Origin: an uncultured Gemmatimonadaceae bacterium
GTDB taxonomy: Bacteria; Gemmatimonadota; Gemmatimonadetes; Gemmatimonadales; Gemmatimonadaceae
NCBI GenBank assembly: GCA_963781585.1
Contig: CAWAGQ010000013.1
Location: 502,597 to 566,596, forward strand
Direction: 5' to 3'
DNA length: 64,000 nt
Shown here: positions 1 to 10,594 of the stretch, one piece after another
How the letters are laid out: each line of letters opens with the position of its first letter
Numbering within the stretch: position 1 is the first letter of the stretch
Notes under the pieces: model-generated
What the model was told of the DNA's origin: nothing
Seen by the model: the letters and a program-made list of their open reading frames with translations, nothing else
Database searches by the model: none
Position numbers and translations under genes: made by a program

Positions 1-207
1 GACGAAGCCGTGCATCACCTCCGACGAGGGCACCGGACCGGACGACCACAACCATCGGGAGCGCGGCCAGCAATGATGCCCTCGTGCGCATGATGGGTCC
101 CTCGCTTCAGCTTGATGTGGGGGAGCGGATGCCGGGCAGCGATCGGCGCGGCGCCCGACTGGAGGGGCCGCGCCGTCACGAACAGAATGTTGCCGGGAGC
201 CGCGGGG

Positions 208-459
208 CTAAGCGCCTTCGCGCACCTCGACGACCTCGTCGGGAATGAGACCGTGCGCTTCCCGGTGGACGGCGATGGCCGATTCCTTGTCCGGGGCTTC
301 GGAGAGACAGAACACGTCGCCGGTCGCCTCGTTGAACCAGTACTTGAGATACTTCACCTGGTACTTGTCCTGTACCGACAGGTCCTTCTTGTGCGCCCCC
401 GCGACCGCGTCGGCCGTCAGTCCCGGCACGTGCTTGTGTACATCCATGAACAATGGCAT
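208..459 (-). CDS. DUF4242 (SCO4226-like nickel-binding) small protein
   Basis: MPLFMDVH...AVAGAHKKDL...YLKYWFNEATGDVFCLSEAPDKESAIAVHREAHG matches the family pattern; AAGGAGG RBS precedes the ATG at 459. Confidence 0.85.
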   Translation of the reverse strand: MPLFMDVHKHVPGLTADAVAGAHKKDLSVQDKYQVKYLKYWFNEATGDVFCLSEAPDKESAIAVHREAHGLIPDEVVEVREGA

Positions 460-757
460 GCGCGTTTCCTCCTTACGGTGATTCCAGACTGCTTGTGTTC
501 CACGATGCGGCACCCAGCGTCCTGCAAACCTCGGACCCGCCGGCGGTCTCCGGAGGAGGCCCGCCACCGCCGGACCGCGTGGCGAGTGCCAAAGAACGAC
601 CTCACGGTCTCCGCGAACGCGTTGTGCCTCTCGTCGCCTAGAAATGACGTGGGGCGGACTGGAACCGCAAGAGTGGACAAGCGCCGCGATCGCAGCGAAC
701 CAGGGACTGGCACCGACCAGGCGGCTGCCCGCTGATCGCTGAAACCTGTCCCTTCAC

Positions 758-1615
758 CTAACGCGGGCGGTCGCTCCCTTCCGCCGTCGGCTGATCGAAG
801 ATGTCGCGCATGACGGCTTCGAGTGCGGTGCGGAGCTCGGCGGCGGTGGCCCCCAGATGAAAACCCGACACCGCCACCGGACGCAGCAGTCCGGCAAGCG
901 TCTGGGGTCGTTCTGCGTCGGGCATGCCCGGAGGCTTCTGCGCCGCAACCCGCGTGCCCCGCGCGCCTTCGGTCACGACCACCCCCAACCGCTCGAGCTC
1001 TCCGTAGGCCCGTGCCACCGTCCCGGGCGCGATGTCGAGGTCGTCGGCCAGGCGGCGCACCGTCGGCAATCGATCACCCGCATTCAACTGGCCCGTCGCC
1101 ACGCCCTCCTGGATCCGCGCCACGATCTGTTCGTAGATCGAGCGATCCGAGGTGTCGTCCACCTGGATCTGAAACGGCGCGGGCAGGTCACCGCTCAACG
1201 CGGACCGCGCGCGCTCCGCCGTCACCCCGAGGGCGTTCAACACCTGCGCGGCGACCCCCTTCTCTTCGTCGAGCAGTCCGAGCAACAGATGCTCGGTGCC
1301 AACGTAGTTGTCGTTGCGTTCGCGCGCGGCAGACATCGCAAGCTCGAGGACTTTCTTCGCACGCGATGTATAGGGAAGATCAGGGCCGGTCGTCATTGTC
1401 CGGCCCTCCTTCACCGCTGCCAGAACCTCGCGACGGATCACGTCGGGCGTAGTCCCCAGCCGGGCGAGCAACCTGGTCGTCTCGTCGGACGGTTCGCGAG
1501 TCAATCCGAGCAGGAGGTGCTCGGTGCCGACGTACTCGTGGCGCTGGCGCTTCGCCTCAGCTCGCGCATGGACCAGCGCGACACGAACCCCCTCGGTGAA
1601 GTTGTAGGCGTTCAT
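758..1615 (-). CDS. Clp repeat N-terminal domain fused to GntR (YtrA-type) winged HTH
   Basis: Two ClpN repeats (FTEGVRVAL..HEYVGTEHLLLGL; YTSRAKKVLELA..YVGTEHLLLGLL) followed by IYEQIVARI..GDRLPTVRRLADDLDIAPGTVARAYGELERLG. Confidence 0.9.
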   Translation of the reverse strand: MNAYNFTEGVRVALVHARAEAKRQRHEYVGTEHLLLGLTREPSDETTRLLARLGTTPDVIRREVLAAVKEGRTMTTGPDLPYTSRAKKVLELAMSAARERNDNYVGTEHLLLGLLDEEKGVAAQVLNALGVTAERARSALSGDLPAPFQIQVDDTSDRSIYEQIVARIQEGVATGQLNAGDRLPTVRRLADDLDIAPGTVARAYGELERLGVVVTEGARGTRVAAQKPPGMPDAERPQTLAGLLRPVAVSGFHLGATAAELRTALEAVMRDIFDQPTAEGSDRPR

Positions 1616-1697
1616 CGTGCCAGTGACGCGTCTCCCCCAGCTGTAGCGCAGCATGACTGCCTCCGACGAAGTGCCTTCAGGACACTGGCTTGCAGCT

Positions 1698-1757
1698 TGT
1701 ACCAGTCTCGCTGAACAATGGGGCAGGGTCGATCTTGTGTCAATAGCGGTAGAACAA
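1698..1757 (-). promoter_or_regulatory. Putative sigma70 promoter overlapped by two GntR/YtrA-like operator boxes
   Basis: Minus-strand TTGACA (1743-1738), 17 bp, CATTGT (1720-1715); imperfect TGT...ACA dyads at 1698-1717 and ~1736-1757. Confidence 0.5.
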
Positions 1758-1886
1758 GATTTTCGATGGCCACCGCGTCAGCCTGCCGCGTTCGTGAACG
1801 CGGGAGCGTCGAGATGAAATCGGTCGACGCAGGGGGCGCCGCGCTGCCGGCGTGGCGCGGACTGCCGGCCGGCCCTGCGGCCCTCC

Positions 1887-2234
1887 TCACTTCTTCTTGC
1901 GACGCGCCCGGGGCTTCTTCTTCGCCGGCTCCTCGTTAGGCTCGAGCTGGATGTTGATGCTGCTGATCTCGTCCTTGAAGTGGTCGGCCAGCCGGCCGAT
2001 GAACGCCGACAGCAGTTGCCACTCCTTCGACGGTGGACGGCACCGCACCGTGACCAGCAGCGGACCGGGAGTCTGTTCCAGCCGCAGTTCGCCCGGATAC
2101 CGCTTGTGCTGGAGACGCACACCGCCGCGCACCTGCGTCACCTCAAACGAGCGGATGCGTCCCTCGGCGATCGCCGAGCGGAGCTCCGTCTGGAGAGTGG
2201 GACCGTGACGACCGACGATCTGCACGTGGACCAT
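1887..2234 (-). CDS. Hypothetical protein with basic C-terminus
   Basis: ORF with genome-typical codon usage; start uncertain (2234 or 2282). Confidence 0.6.
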   Translation of the reverse strand: MVHVQIVGRHGPTLQTELRSAIAEGRIRSFEVTQVRGGVRLQHKRYPGELRLEQTPGPLLVTVRCRPPSKEWQLLSAFIGRLADHFKDEISSINIQLEPNEEPAKKKPRARRKKK

Positions 2235-2369
2235 GACGCCCTCCGGAAGGTCGACGATGCGGCTGCCGCGAAGACGCTGCACGCGCCCGTCCGGCGCGCG
2301 ACCATAACGTTAGGCGTCCGGCGCCCCGCGCGCCATGCCCGATTTGCGCGGCGCGGGCGCGGGCGTGAA

Positions 2370-3206
2370 TCAGCCGGCAGTCGCCGGCTCCGGCGCCGGA
2401 CGCTTCATCACGAATCCCATCGGGGCCAGTTCGCAGCCCAGACGCTGGAAGAACCCCACGCTGTCGCTGGTGGCGCCGATCATCAGCGTGCCGCCCGGCG
2501 CCAGCGCCAGCGCCCGATTCATCAGTTCCCGCCCAATGCCGCGCCCGCGATACGCGGGATCGACCATCACCTCGGGGATGATCGTGAACAGGTAGCCGTC
2601 GGTGAGCATGCGCAGCACGCCCACCAGCCGCGTGCCATCCCAGGCGCCGATGTTGCGCGTCCGGCGGATCGCGGCCGACGTCGGCAGCACGTCATAGCGG
2701 TGCGGCCAGACCCGCGCTGCGAGGGCAATGAAGTCGGGGGCCGACAGTCCGGAGGTGTCGTACCGGATTCCCGCGTGGTCCACGCCGGTCTCGCCGCGCG
2801 CATCGCGGCCGTCGGTCGACGGGATGGCCACCGCCGCTGGCCCTCCGACTTCCGCCAGGCGCGACGCCGCGTCGGCGGCCGCAACGCCGGCGAGATGGTC
2901 GGCGACCTCCTTCCGGCGGCGCCGCCGCAGGTGAAAACGCTCCCACGACATCCCCACGATGTAGCCCGCGCCAATGCCGATCACACCGCCCAGCAGCCCC
3001 CACCACAGCATCATCTTCGCGAAATCGTAGACCGCACGCGCGAAGTTGCCGTGACGGAAATTCACGTTGAGGATCTGCCACCGCAGCGCCACCGCGGCCA
3101 TCAGCCCGATGGCGAATCCGATGAACGCGACCCCGTCGGTTATCCGGTTGCGCCGGATCGTGTAGTAGTCAGACAGGCTCCGCTCCTCGCGTCCGCGACG
3201 CCTCAC
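2370..3206 (-). CDS. GNAT acetyltransferase with N-terminal two-TM segment
   Basis: VMVDPAYRGRGIGRELM acetyl-CoA motif A and VGFFQRLG; hydrophobic N-terminal helices. Confidence 0.8.
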   Translation of the reverse strand: MRRRGREERSLSDYYTIRRNRITDGVAFIGFAIGLMAAVALRWQILNVNFRHGNFARAVYDFAKMMLWWGLLGGVIGIGAGYIVGMSWERFHLRRRRRKEVADHLAGVAAADAASRLAEVGGPAAVAIPSTDGRDARGETGVDHAGIRYDTSGLSAPDFIALAARVWPHRYDVLPTSAAIRRTRNIGAWDGTRLVGVLRMLTDGYLFTIIPEVMVDPAYRGRGIGRELMNRALALAPGGTLMIGATSDSVGFFQRLGCELAPMGFVMKRPAPEPATAG

Positions 3207-3209
3207 CGC

Positions 3210-4448
3210 TCATTGGTCATCCGGGGAGCCCGGCAACAGGGGTTCGAGATCGGGCGTGGTGGCCCCATTCTCCGTGCAGAGCGCGAACTTCGTCTCCCCG
3301 GCGTGGTACATGCACACGCCGGCGTGCTCCCCTCGCTTGTCGAGGACGAAGAAGCGGATGTTGAAGTTCGGATTTCCCCTGGCATTGAGCAGGCGCGCTT
3401 CGATCGTGTTCGCCTTGATCCGCTTCAACGCATCCATGCCGGCGTCCTTCGGCGACATTCCCCGTCGCATGTTCTCGACGATGAGATACGAGCTGAGGTT
3501 GTAGAGATTCGCCTCGCCGCGTCCGGTGGAACCGGCCGCTCCCACGTCGTTGTCCACGTACAGGCCCGCGCCCAGGATGGGCGAGTCTCCCACCCGACCG
3601 GGAATCTTCCAGGCCAGTCCGCTGGTGGTGGTCGTGCCGCAGATGTCGCCGGTGGGACTGATGCCGTTGCAGTTGATCGTCCCCCAGAAGCTCCCTTCCG
3701 GAATCAGGCCGTCCCGCACCATCGACCTGCCCGCCGCCAGCGCCCGCTGCTCCCACGCCGCGTCGCGGACGCCCGACTCCGGCGTGCCTGGCCGTCCGGT
3801 CGGCGGCTTGGGGGGCTTTCGACCCGGTCCATTCGGGTCGAGCCAGTGTTCGGGGTCGATGCGGCGCCGCCACTCCAGCCACAGTTGTCGGGAACGCGCC
3901 GTGTTCAGGTCCGGCTCGATCGTGAACCCCATCTGGCGCGCGAAATCCTGCGCCCCCTGGCCCACCAGCAGATGGTGGTCGGTCATGTCCATGACCGCCT
4001 GGGCGACCAGCGACGGCGTCCGTACCCCTTCGATCGCCGCCACCGCCCCGGCCCGACGCCGGGGCCCGTGCATGCACGACGCGTCCAGCTGAATGACGCC
4101 GTCGGCGTTAGGCAGCGCGCCGTAGCCGATGCCGGTTTCCTCGGGATCGAGTTCCGGAATGTTGACGCCGGCAATCAGGGCGTCGAGCACATCCTTCCCT
4201 TCGGTGATGAGCCGGAAGGCGCGCTCGACCGCGTTCTCGGGACCGCCGTTCCTGAACTCGAAGCCACTGTAATCGGACACGACCACCGGCCGCACGGCAC
4301 TTCGAAGGAACAGTGCCGGCGCTCCGAGGCGCCTGCTGGCGGCGGCCGGGTCGCTGGTGATGCGTTGGAGCGCGTCGACGGGCGATCCCGCCGCGCCGGC
4401 AGCGAGCCCGGCCGCGGCAAAACGGACGAAATCGCGGCGATCTGGCAT
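3210..4448 (-). CDS. Tat-exported N(4)-(beta-N-acetylglucosaminyl)-L-asparaginase family Ntn-hydrolase
   Basis: RRDFV Tat signal; QLDASCMHG, W-G-T-I nucleophile site, TTTSGLAWKIPGRVGDSPILGAG, TGRGE. Confidence 0.92.
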   Translation of the reverse strand: MPDRRDFVRFAAAGLAAGAAGSPVDALQRITSDPAAASRRLGAPALFLRSAVRPVVVSDYSGFEFRNGGPENAVERAFRLITEGKDVLDALIAGVNIPELDPEETGIGYGALPNADGVIQLDASCMHGPRRRAGAVAAIEGVRTPSLVAQAVMDMTDHHLLVGQGAQDFARQMGFTIEPDLNTARSRQLWLEWRRRIDPEHWLDPNGPGRKPPKPPTGRPGTPESGVRDAAWEQRALAAGRSMVRDGLIPEGSFWGTINCNGISPTGDICGTTTTSGLAWKIPGRVGDSPILGAGLYVDNDVGAAGSTGRGEANLYNLSSYLIVENMRRGMSPKDAGMDALKRIKANTIEARLLNARGNPNFNIRFFVLDKRGEHAGVCMYHAGETKFALCTENGATTPDLEPLLPGSPDDQ

Positions 4449-4663
4449 GGGAACGAGGGGGCGTGTGAGTCCGGCGGGCGCGGGAAGGCCCGGCGAACAA
4501 GCCGGTCGGAGCGAACGATTGGACCATGCTCCCGCTCAATGTACGGCGGAGCGATCGACGCCGCTGCGGCGGCAGGCGGCGTCCGGAGACACCGGTCGTT
4601 AGCCGAGAGCCGGTGCGCGATGTAGGCTAGTGCTGTCTCCATACCCTTTTCCGCCCGCCCGCC

Positions 4664-5437
4664 ATGCCGAAATATCCCGCCCTTGCACCGCTCACGATGT
4701 CGGTTCCCGCCGCTGACGGACTCGTGCTCCGCGGGTCGCTCACGTATCCGCACGGTCTCACCGGCGCGCGGTATCCCCTGGCCGTGCTCGCCCACCAGTA
4801 TCCGTCGGCGCGCGAGAGCTACGCGCCGCTGGCCACCGACCTTCATGCGTTAGGCGTGGCGACGTTGTCGTTCGACCTGCGCGGTCACGGCGACTCGATC
4901 TGGACACCGACCGGCGTGCGGGTGGTCGACACACCGGCCCTGCCCACGATGGAAGCCTTCGCCACGGCCTTCATGGCGAGCTTCGCCAAAGCCGGCTTTG
5001 CGCACATCTCCGACGATATCGTGCGCGTATCGGCGTGGGGAATGACCCAGAATTACGTGGACCACGGTCGCGTGCTGCTGGTAGGATCGAGTGTGGGTGG
5101 CACCGGCGCCCTGCTGGCCGCCGCGAGTATCGGGAACGGGCTGCGTGGCGTGCTCACCTTCTGCGCGGCCGGCGCCCCGGCGCACGGATCCGATGCCGAC
5201 CAGCGAATCCGGCGCAACTGCGAGCGCCTCACCGTGCCTGTCCTGCTGGCGTCGTCGGAGAATGATCCGTTCGATGGCGCGGCCAACGCGCGAGCGTGGA
5301 GCGACAAGTTGTCCCACGTGCACGCCACCATCGTGAAGGGCGCGGATCACGGAATGGCCATCTACTACGCGGTTCGGAAGGAAGTCCAGGGCTTCGCGGC
5401 CCGCGCGCTGGGCATCAAGCGGCCGCGCGCGAAATAG
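4664..5437 (+). CDS. Alpha/beta hydrolase
   Basis: FDLRGHGDS, GSSVGG nucleophile elbow, C-terminal Asp and GADHG His. Confidence 0.85.
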   Translation: MPKYPALAPLTMSVPAADGLVLRGSLTYPHGLTGARYPLAVLAHQYPSARESYAPLATDLHALGVATLSFDLRGHGDSIWTPTGVRVVDTPALPTMEAFATAFMASFAKAGFAHISDDIVRVSAWGMTQNYVDHGRVLLVGSSVGGTGALLAAASIGNGLRGVLTFCAAGAPAHGSDADQRIRRNCERLTVPVLLASSENDPFDGAANARAWSDKLSHVHATIVKGADHGMAIYYAVRKEVQGFAARALGIKRPRAK

Positions 5438-5597
5438 CGGGCGGCGCAATTCGCGCGGACCGCATGCGGGTCGGGACGACGAGGCAATCTTCCGGTGCTC
5501 CCGGACGGCCCGGTGGCGAGGTGCGCTGTCCCTTCCCCGATGCCATACCCGCGAGCGAGTTTCCCTCGATCATCCATACCGCGGCGGGGGAGTCGAG

Positions 5598-6116
5598 ATG
5601 CATCCTGCGAACAGCAAGTGGGAGAGGGCCGGAACCATCGATCCGGGCGCGGACATCGGCCACGCGCACCTCAAGGTGGCCGATCTCGATCGTGCGCTCG
5701 ACTTCTACTGTGGCGTGCTGGGCTTCGAGCTGATGCAGTACTACGGCGATTCGGCGGCGTTCGTCTCGGCCGGCGGATACCATCACCACATCGGTCTCAA
5801 CACCTGGCACAGCAAGGGTGGATCGCCCCCGCCGCGCAACGCGACCGGCCTGTATCACGTGGCGATCCGATACCCGACCAGAGCGGCGCTGGCCCAGGCA
5901 GCGCGGCGTCTGGTGGATGCCGGGGTGCGGTTGCACGGGGCCAGCGACCACGGAGTGAGCGAAGCGCTCTACCTCGCCGATCCCGATGGGAACGGTCTCG
6001 AGCTGTACCGGGATCGGCCGCCGGATGAGTGGCCTCGCGCCGCCGGCGGGGAGATCGCGATGGTCAGCGAGCCGCTCGACGTGGATGCCCTGCTGGCGGA
6101 GGCCGGCATATCGTGA
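5598..6116 (+). CDS. VOC/glyoxalase family protein (CatE-like)
   Basis: IGHAHLKVADLDRALDFY, GGYHHHIGLNTW, ASDHGVSEALYLADPDGNGLELYRD. Confidence 0.92.
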   Translation: MHPANSKWERAGTIDPGADIGHAHLKVADLDRALDFYCGVLGFELMQYYGDSAAFVSAGGYHHHIGLNTWHSKGGSPPPRNATGLYHVAIRYPTRAALAQAARRLVDAGVRLHGASDHGVSEALYLADPDGNGLELYRDRPPDEWPRAAGGEIAMVSEPLDVDALLAEAGIS

Positions 6117-7393
6117 TGGGCGCAGCCGGCGCCACGGTTGCGGCGGTTCCCTGGTATCGCACCATCACGCGGGCGCAGTGGCGGGCTCTGGTCGCGGCCA
6201 AGCTGGGGTGGATGCTGGACTCGATGGACTTCATGCTGTACGTGATGGCCGTCGGGCGGCTCAAGAGCTACTTCGGGTTCAGCGACGCCACGGCCGGATT
6301 GCTCGGCACCGTGACGCTGCTGACGTCGGCGGTAGGGGGAATTCTGTTCGGTCTGGTGGCCGACCGGATCGGGCGGGCCCGGGCGCTGATCGTGACCATC
6401 CTGATCTTCTCCGTATGCTCGTTAGGTGCGGCCACCTCGCAGGCGGTCTGGCAACTGATGCTCTGGCGTACGGTCCTCGGGATCGGGATGGGCGGCGAAT
6501 GGGCCTCGGGGGCGGTGCTGGTGAGCGAGACCTGGCCGGCGGAGCATCGCACCAAGGCGGTGAGCATCATGCAGTCGGGGTGGGCGCTGGGGTACATCCT
6601 TGCCGCCCTGATCGCCGCCCTGGTCCTCGACGTACTGCCGTTAGGCGATGCGGCGTGGCGATGGCTGTTCGTGGCAGGCGTGCTGCCGGCGCTGTTCACG
6701 CTCTGGATCCGTCGCCAGGTCGCCGAACCCGAGGCCTGGGTGCAGCGGCAATCCGGCAGGCGCCAGTCGGGCCGCCCGTTTGCGACGCTGTTCAGCCAGA
6801 CGTTCCGGCGCCGGACGGTGCTCGCCACCCTGCTCTCGGCGTTCGTCCAGTTCGCGAACTGGGGGCTCTTCTTCTGGCTCCCGGGTTTTCTGGCCAGGCC
6901 CCTGGAACAGGGCGGCGCGGGGATGTCGATCATCCGCTCCACGGGCTGGATCATTCCGGTGCAGATCGGCGCCTACATCGGTTACAACTCGTTCGGCTTC
7001 ATTTCCGACCGGCTCGGGCGCCGTCGCACGTTCATCGGCTATCTGGTCACGGCCGCGATCCTGGTGCCGCTCTACGGCCAGATGGCGCGGAGCCCGCTGG
7101 TGCTGATGGCGCTCGGCCCGCTGCTCGGCTTCGTCGGCTACGGCTACTTCAGCATGTTCGGATCGTTCCTGGCCGAGTTGTTCCCGACCGCGGTTCGCGC
7201 CACCGGCCAGGGACTCACCTACAACCTCGGACGCGGGCTGGGCGCGCTTGCGCCGTACACCATCGGCTACGTGGCCACCCTGCCTAACGTCGGGATCGGA
7301 TCCGCGCTCGGCCTCACCTCGGCCTTCTTCCTGGCCGGTGCCCTGCTGAGCCTGGCCTTTCCGGACCGGAGCCGACAGCCTCTGGATGACTGA
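6116..7393 (+). CDS. MFS transporter
   Basis: 12 TM pattern, GLVADRIGRAR motif A, GIGMGGEW. Confidence 0.92.
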   Translation: MGAAGATVAAVPWYRTITRAQWRALVAAKLGWMLDSMDFMLYVMAVGRLKSYFGFSDATAGLLGTVTLLTSAVGGILFGLVADRIGRARALIVTILIFSVCSLGAATSQAVWQLMLWRTVLGIGMGGEWASGAVLVSETWPAEHRTKAVSIMQSGWALGYILAALIAALVLDVLPLGDAAWRWLFVAGVLPALFTLWIRRQVAEPEAWVQRQSGRRQSGRPFATLFSQTFRRRTVLATLLSAFVQFANWGLFFWLPGFLARPLEQGGAGMSIIRSTGWIIPVQIGAYIGYNSFGFISDRLGRRRTFIGYLVTAAILVPLYGQMARSPLVLMALGPLLGFVGYGYFSMFGSFLAELFPTAVRATGQGLTYNLGRGLGALAPYTIGYVATLPNVGIGSALGLTSAFFLAGALLSLAFPDRSRQPLDD

Positions 7394-7417
7394 GCGCGCC
7401 TTGGGCCGGAGCTCGCG

Positions 7418-10400
7418 ATGAACCGCCGACGTGTTCGTTCTTCCGCCCGTGTGATCGGGCTCGGGATCACGGCCCTCGTGCTGTGCGGCGACGCGGTGGT
7501 TGCGCAACGGACCAGGCCGCCGCGGCCAACGGCGGCAGCGCCCGTGCCGCCGCCGCCGCGGGTCGCGCCACTCACCACGTACCTCGACCAGGAATTCCTC
7601 GGCGGGCTCCGCTATCGGATGGTCGGGCCGGCGCGCGGAGGGCGCGTCACTGCGGTCACCGGCGTTCCACGGGAACCGCTCACGTTCTACATGGGCTCGA
7701 CCGGGGGCGGAGTCTGGAAGACGACCGACGCCGGCCAGACGTGGACGAACGTCAGCGACGGGTTCCTCGCGGTGGGTTCGATCGGCGCCATCGACGTGTC
7801 GAAGTCCGATCCGAACGTGATCTACGTTGGTACGGGGTCAGATGCGCTGCGGTCGAACGTGTCGATCGGGAAGGGTGTGTACCGTTCCACCAACGCTGGC
7901 CGGACCTGGCAGTTTGTCGGTCTCGACCGCGCGGGGAATATCGGCGCGGTGGCAATTCACCCCGGAACGCCCCGCATCGTATTCGTGGCCGCACTCGGAA
8001 ATCCGTTCGCCGCGAATCCGGAACGCGGTGTATATCGGACCACGAACAGCGGCGATACCTGGGAGCGGGTGCTGCACGTGTCGGACAGCACGGGCGCGGT
8101 GGACGTGGAATTGCAGCCCGGCAATTCCCGGGTCGTGTACGCATCCATGTGGCGTGCCGAGCGAAAGCCGTGGACGATCATCTCCGGGGCGCGCGAAGGG
8201 GGCATCTACAAGAGCGCCGACGGCGGCACGACGTGGCGGAAGCTGACCAACGGGCTGCCCGATGGTCTGGTCGGGAAGAGCAACATCGCCGTCACTCCCG
8301 CCGATTCGGACATCGTCTACGTCCTCATGGAAGCGAGGCCCGGCGGCGGGCTGTATCGCTCTGACGACGCCGGTGAGTCGTTTCACCTGGTGAGCGACTA
8401 CCCCCCGCTGCTCTCCCGCCCGTTCTACTACACGGACCTGGCGGTCGATCCGCACGACCCGGACATCGTCTGGGTGGGCACCGAGGACCTGTATCGCAGC
8501 GGAGACGGTGGCCACACCTGGCGGGTGCAGCAGAATCCGCACGGCGACAACCACGATCTGTGGATCAATCCCAACGCCGCCGACATCATGATCCAGGCGA
8601 ACGACGGCGGCGCCACGGTGACGCTCAACGGCGGCGGGACGTGGTCCAGCCTCTACAACCAGCCGACCGCCGAGATCTATCAGGTGGCAGCCGACAACCA
8701 GTTTCCGTACCGGCTGTACGGCGCGCAGCAGGACAACACCACGCTCATCGTCCCGAGTCTGCCGCTCTCGTCAGGCAGCGCCGACAGTCCGGTGCAGACA
8801 TGGCGGGCGGGCCCGGGGTGCGAGACCGGTCCGATTCTGCCGCACCCGGTCGATCCCGACACGGTGTATGGCTCCTGCAAGGGGCGGTTCTCGCGAATGA
8901 ACCTGAGGACGGGGCAGGAGAAGCAGTACTGGGTGGGAGCGCAATCACTGTACGGAAACACCGGGGCGGCGCTGATCTACCGGTTTCAGCGGGTCGCGCC
9001 GATGGAGATCTCTCCCCACGATCCGCGGGTGATCTACTACGGATCGCAGTACGTCCATCGGACGCGCGACGAAGGCGTGACCTGGGAGCGCATTTCGCCG
9101 GATCTGACCTGGAATCCCCCGGAGCGACAGAACCGTCCCAGCGGTGAGCCCATCACGATCGACGTCACCGGTGAGGAGACCTACAGCGCGCTGTACGCCA
9201 TCCGCGAATCACCCCGGGAGGCCGGCGTGATCTGGACCGGCGCGAACGATGGCCCGTTCTACGTGACCCGAGACGATGGCAGGCACTGGACGAACGTCAC
9301 CCCCGCCGGGCAGCCTCCCGGCTGCCGGGTGCAGAACATCGAGCCGTCGCCTGCCAGCCGGGGGTCCGCGTATTACGCGGTGACCTGCTACCTGACAGGC
9401 GACTTCCGCCCGTGGCTGTGGCGCACCGATGACTACGGCGCACACTGGACGCTGCTCACCGATGGCACCAACGGCATTCCGCGCGACGAACCGACGCGGG
9501 TGGTGCGCGAGGACCCGGACCGCGAGGGCCTGCTGTATGCCGGCACCGAGTTCGGACTCTATGTCACGTTCGATGCCGGAAAGACGTGGCGTTCGCTCCA
9601 GCTCAATCTGCCGCACACACCGGTCACGGACCTGCGCGTGTTCCGGCAGGACCTCGTGATATCCACTCAGGGTCGCGGGTTCTGGATTCTCGACAACCTG
9701 ACGCCGCTCCACCAACTGACGGACGCCATCGCGACCGGACCGGCGCATCTCTTCGCGCCACGGCCGGCGTACCGCATGCGCTACGCGCGAGGGTTTGGCG
9801 GAGCGGACGTTCGGCGCGATGAGCCGTCGGATCCCGGCTACCCGCCGCCGGGAGCCGCGATCGACTTCTGGCTTTCCCCCGACGCGTCGCGCGAGCCGGT
9901 GACCCTGGAGATTCTCGATTCCCTCGGGAACGTGGAGCGGCGGTTCGAAGCGGTCGATCGGTCCGCACGCGCGGCCGTCAGTGACCGCGTCGAGGACGAC
10001 GCGCAGGATCGCCTGACGCGGCAGGCGGGCGTCAACCGTTTCGTCTGGGACCTGGCCCTGCCGGGACCGCGCGCGATGCACGGATCGCGAGGGCTGCGCG
10101 GTCCGTTGGTCGTTCCCGGTGCCTATCGAGTCCGTCTCACGGCGGGGAGCTATCGCGCCGAGCGACCGCTCACGCTGCGGATCGATCCGCGGGTGGCCGC
10201 CGACGGCGTGTCGTCGGCGGATCTGCGCGAGCAACTGGAGCACAACCTGCAGGTGCGCGATCTGGTGAGCGAAGTGAACGATCTGGTGGACCGCGTGGAC
10301 GTGGCGCGCGCGCGACTGGCTGGTGCGGCGGGAGTGGCGGCGGACACGCTGGCGAAGCTGAACGCGTTGCGTGCCACGCTCGTCACCTCCGCGGTGCGCT

Positions 10401-10594
10401 ACTCGGAGCCGCAACTGCAAGCGCAGATCACGTATCTGTACGGCATGACGACGACCGCGGACCAGAAGATCGGGCGGGACGCGGTGGAGCGATATCGGGC
10501 TCTCCGCGGCGAGTTGGACGATCGCGAGCGGGAAGGTCGGGCTCTGGGCGTTGGGGGTGTGGGACAGAAGAAGGCCAAAGGTCCAAGGTCATAG
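7418..10594 (+). CDS. Secreted BNR/VPS10-repeat (sortilin-like) glycosyl hydrolase-like protein
   Basis: Signal peptide; many S/TxDxGxTW BNR repeats. Confidence 0.9.
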   Translation: MNRRRVRSSARVIGLGITALVLCGDAVVAQRTRPPRPTAAAPVPPPPRVAPLTTYLDQEFLGGLRYRMVGPARGGRVTAVTGVPREPLTFYMGSTGGGVWKTTDAGQTWTNVSDGFLAVGSIGAIDVSKSDPNVIYVGTGSDALRSNVSIGKGVYRSTNAGRTWQFVGLDRAGNIGAVAIHPGTPRIVFVAALGNPFAANPERGVYRTTNSGDTWERVLHVSDSTGAVDVELQPGNSRVVYASMWRAERKPWTIISGAREGGIYKSADGGTTWRKLTNGLPDGLVGKSNIAVTPADSDIVYVLMEARPGGGLYRSDDAGESFHLVSDYPPLLSRPFYYTDLAVDPHDPDIVWVGTEDLYRSGDGGHTWRVQQNPHGDNHDLWINPNAADIMIQANDGGATVTLNGGGTWSSLYNQPTAEIYQVAADNQFPYRLYGAQQDNTTLIVPSLPLSSGSADSPVQTWRAGPGCETGPILPHPVDPDTVYGSCKGRFSRMNLRTGQEKQYWVGAQSLYGNTGAALIYRFQRVAPMEISPHDPRVIYYGSQYVHRTRDEGVTWERISPDLTWNPPERQNRPSGEPITIDVTGEETYSALYAIRESPREAGVIWTGANDGPFYVTRDDGRHWTNVTPAGQPPGCRVQNIEPSPASRGSAYYAVTCYLTGDFRPWLWRTDDYGAHWTLLTDGTNGIPRDEPTRVVREDPDREGLLYAGTEFGLYVTFDAGKTWRSLQLNLPHTPVTDLRVFRQDLVISTQGRGFWILDNLTPLHQLTDAIATGPAHLFAPRPAYRMRYARGFGGADVRRDEPSDPGYPPPGAAIDFWLSPDASREPVTLEILDSLGNVERRFEAVDRSARAAVSDRVEDDAQDRLTRQAGVNRFVWDLALPGPRAMHGSRGLRGPLVVPGAYRVRLTAGSYRAERPLTLRIDPRVAADGVSSADLREQLEHNLQVRDLVSEVNDLVDRVDVARARLAGAAGVAADTLAKLNALRATLVTSAVRYSEPQLQAQITYLYGMTTTADQKIGRDAVERYRALRGELDDREREGRALGVGGVGQKKAKGPRS

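Noticed and set aside
1..91. Possible 5' end of a minus-strand gene
   Set aside because: Only about 30 codons visible with no recognisable motif
1934..1941. TTAGGC resembles a eukaryotic telomere repeat
   Set aside because: Copies are single and dispersed within bacterial genes, never tandem
1980..4625. 881-aa plus-strand ORF and similar long antisense ORFs (e.g. 20195-22153, 53193-55019)
   Set aside because: Shadow frames of real genes in high-GC DNA; no recognisable motifs
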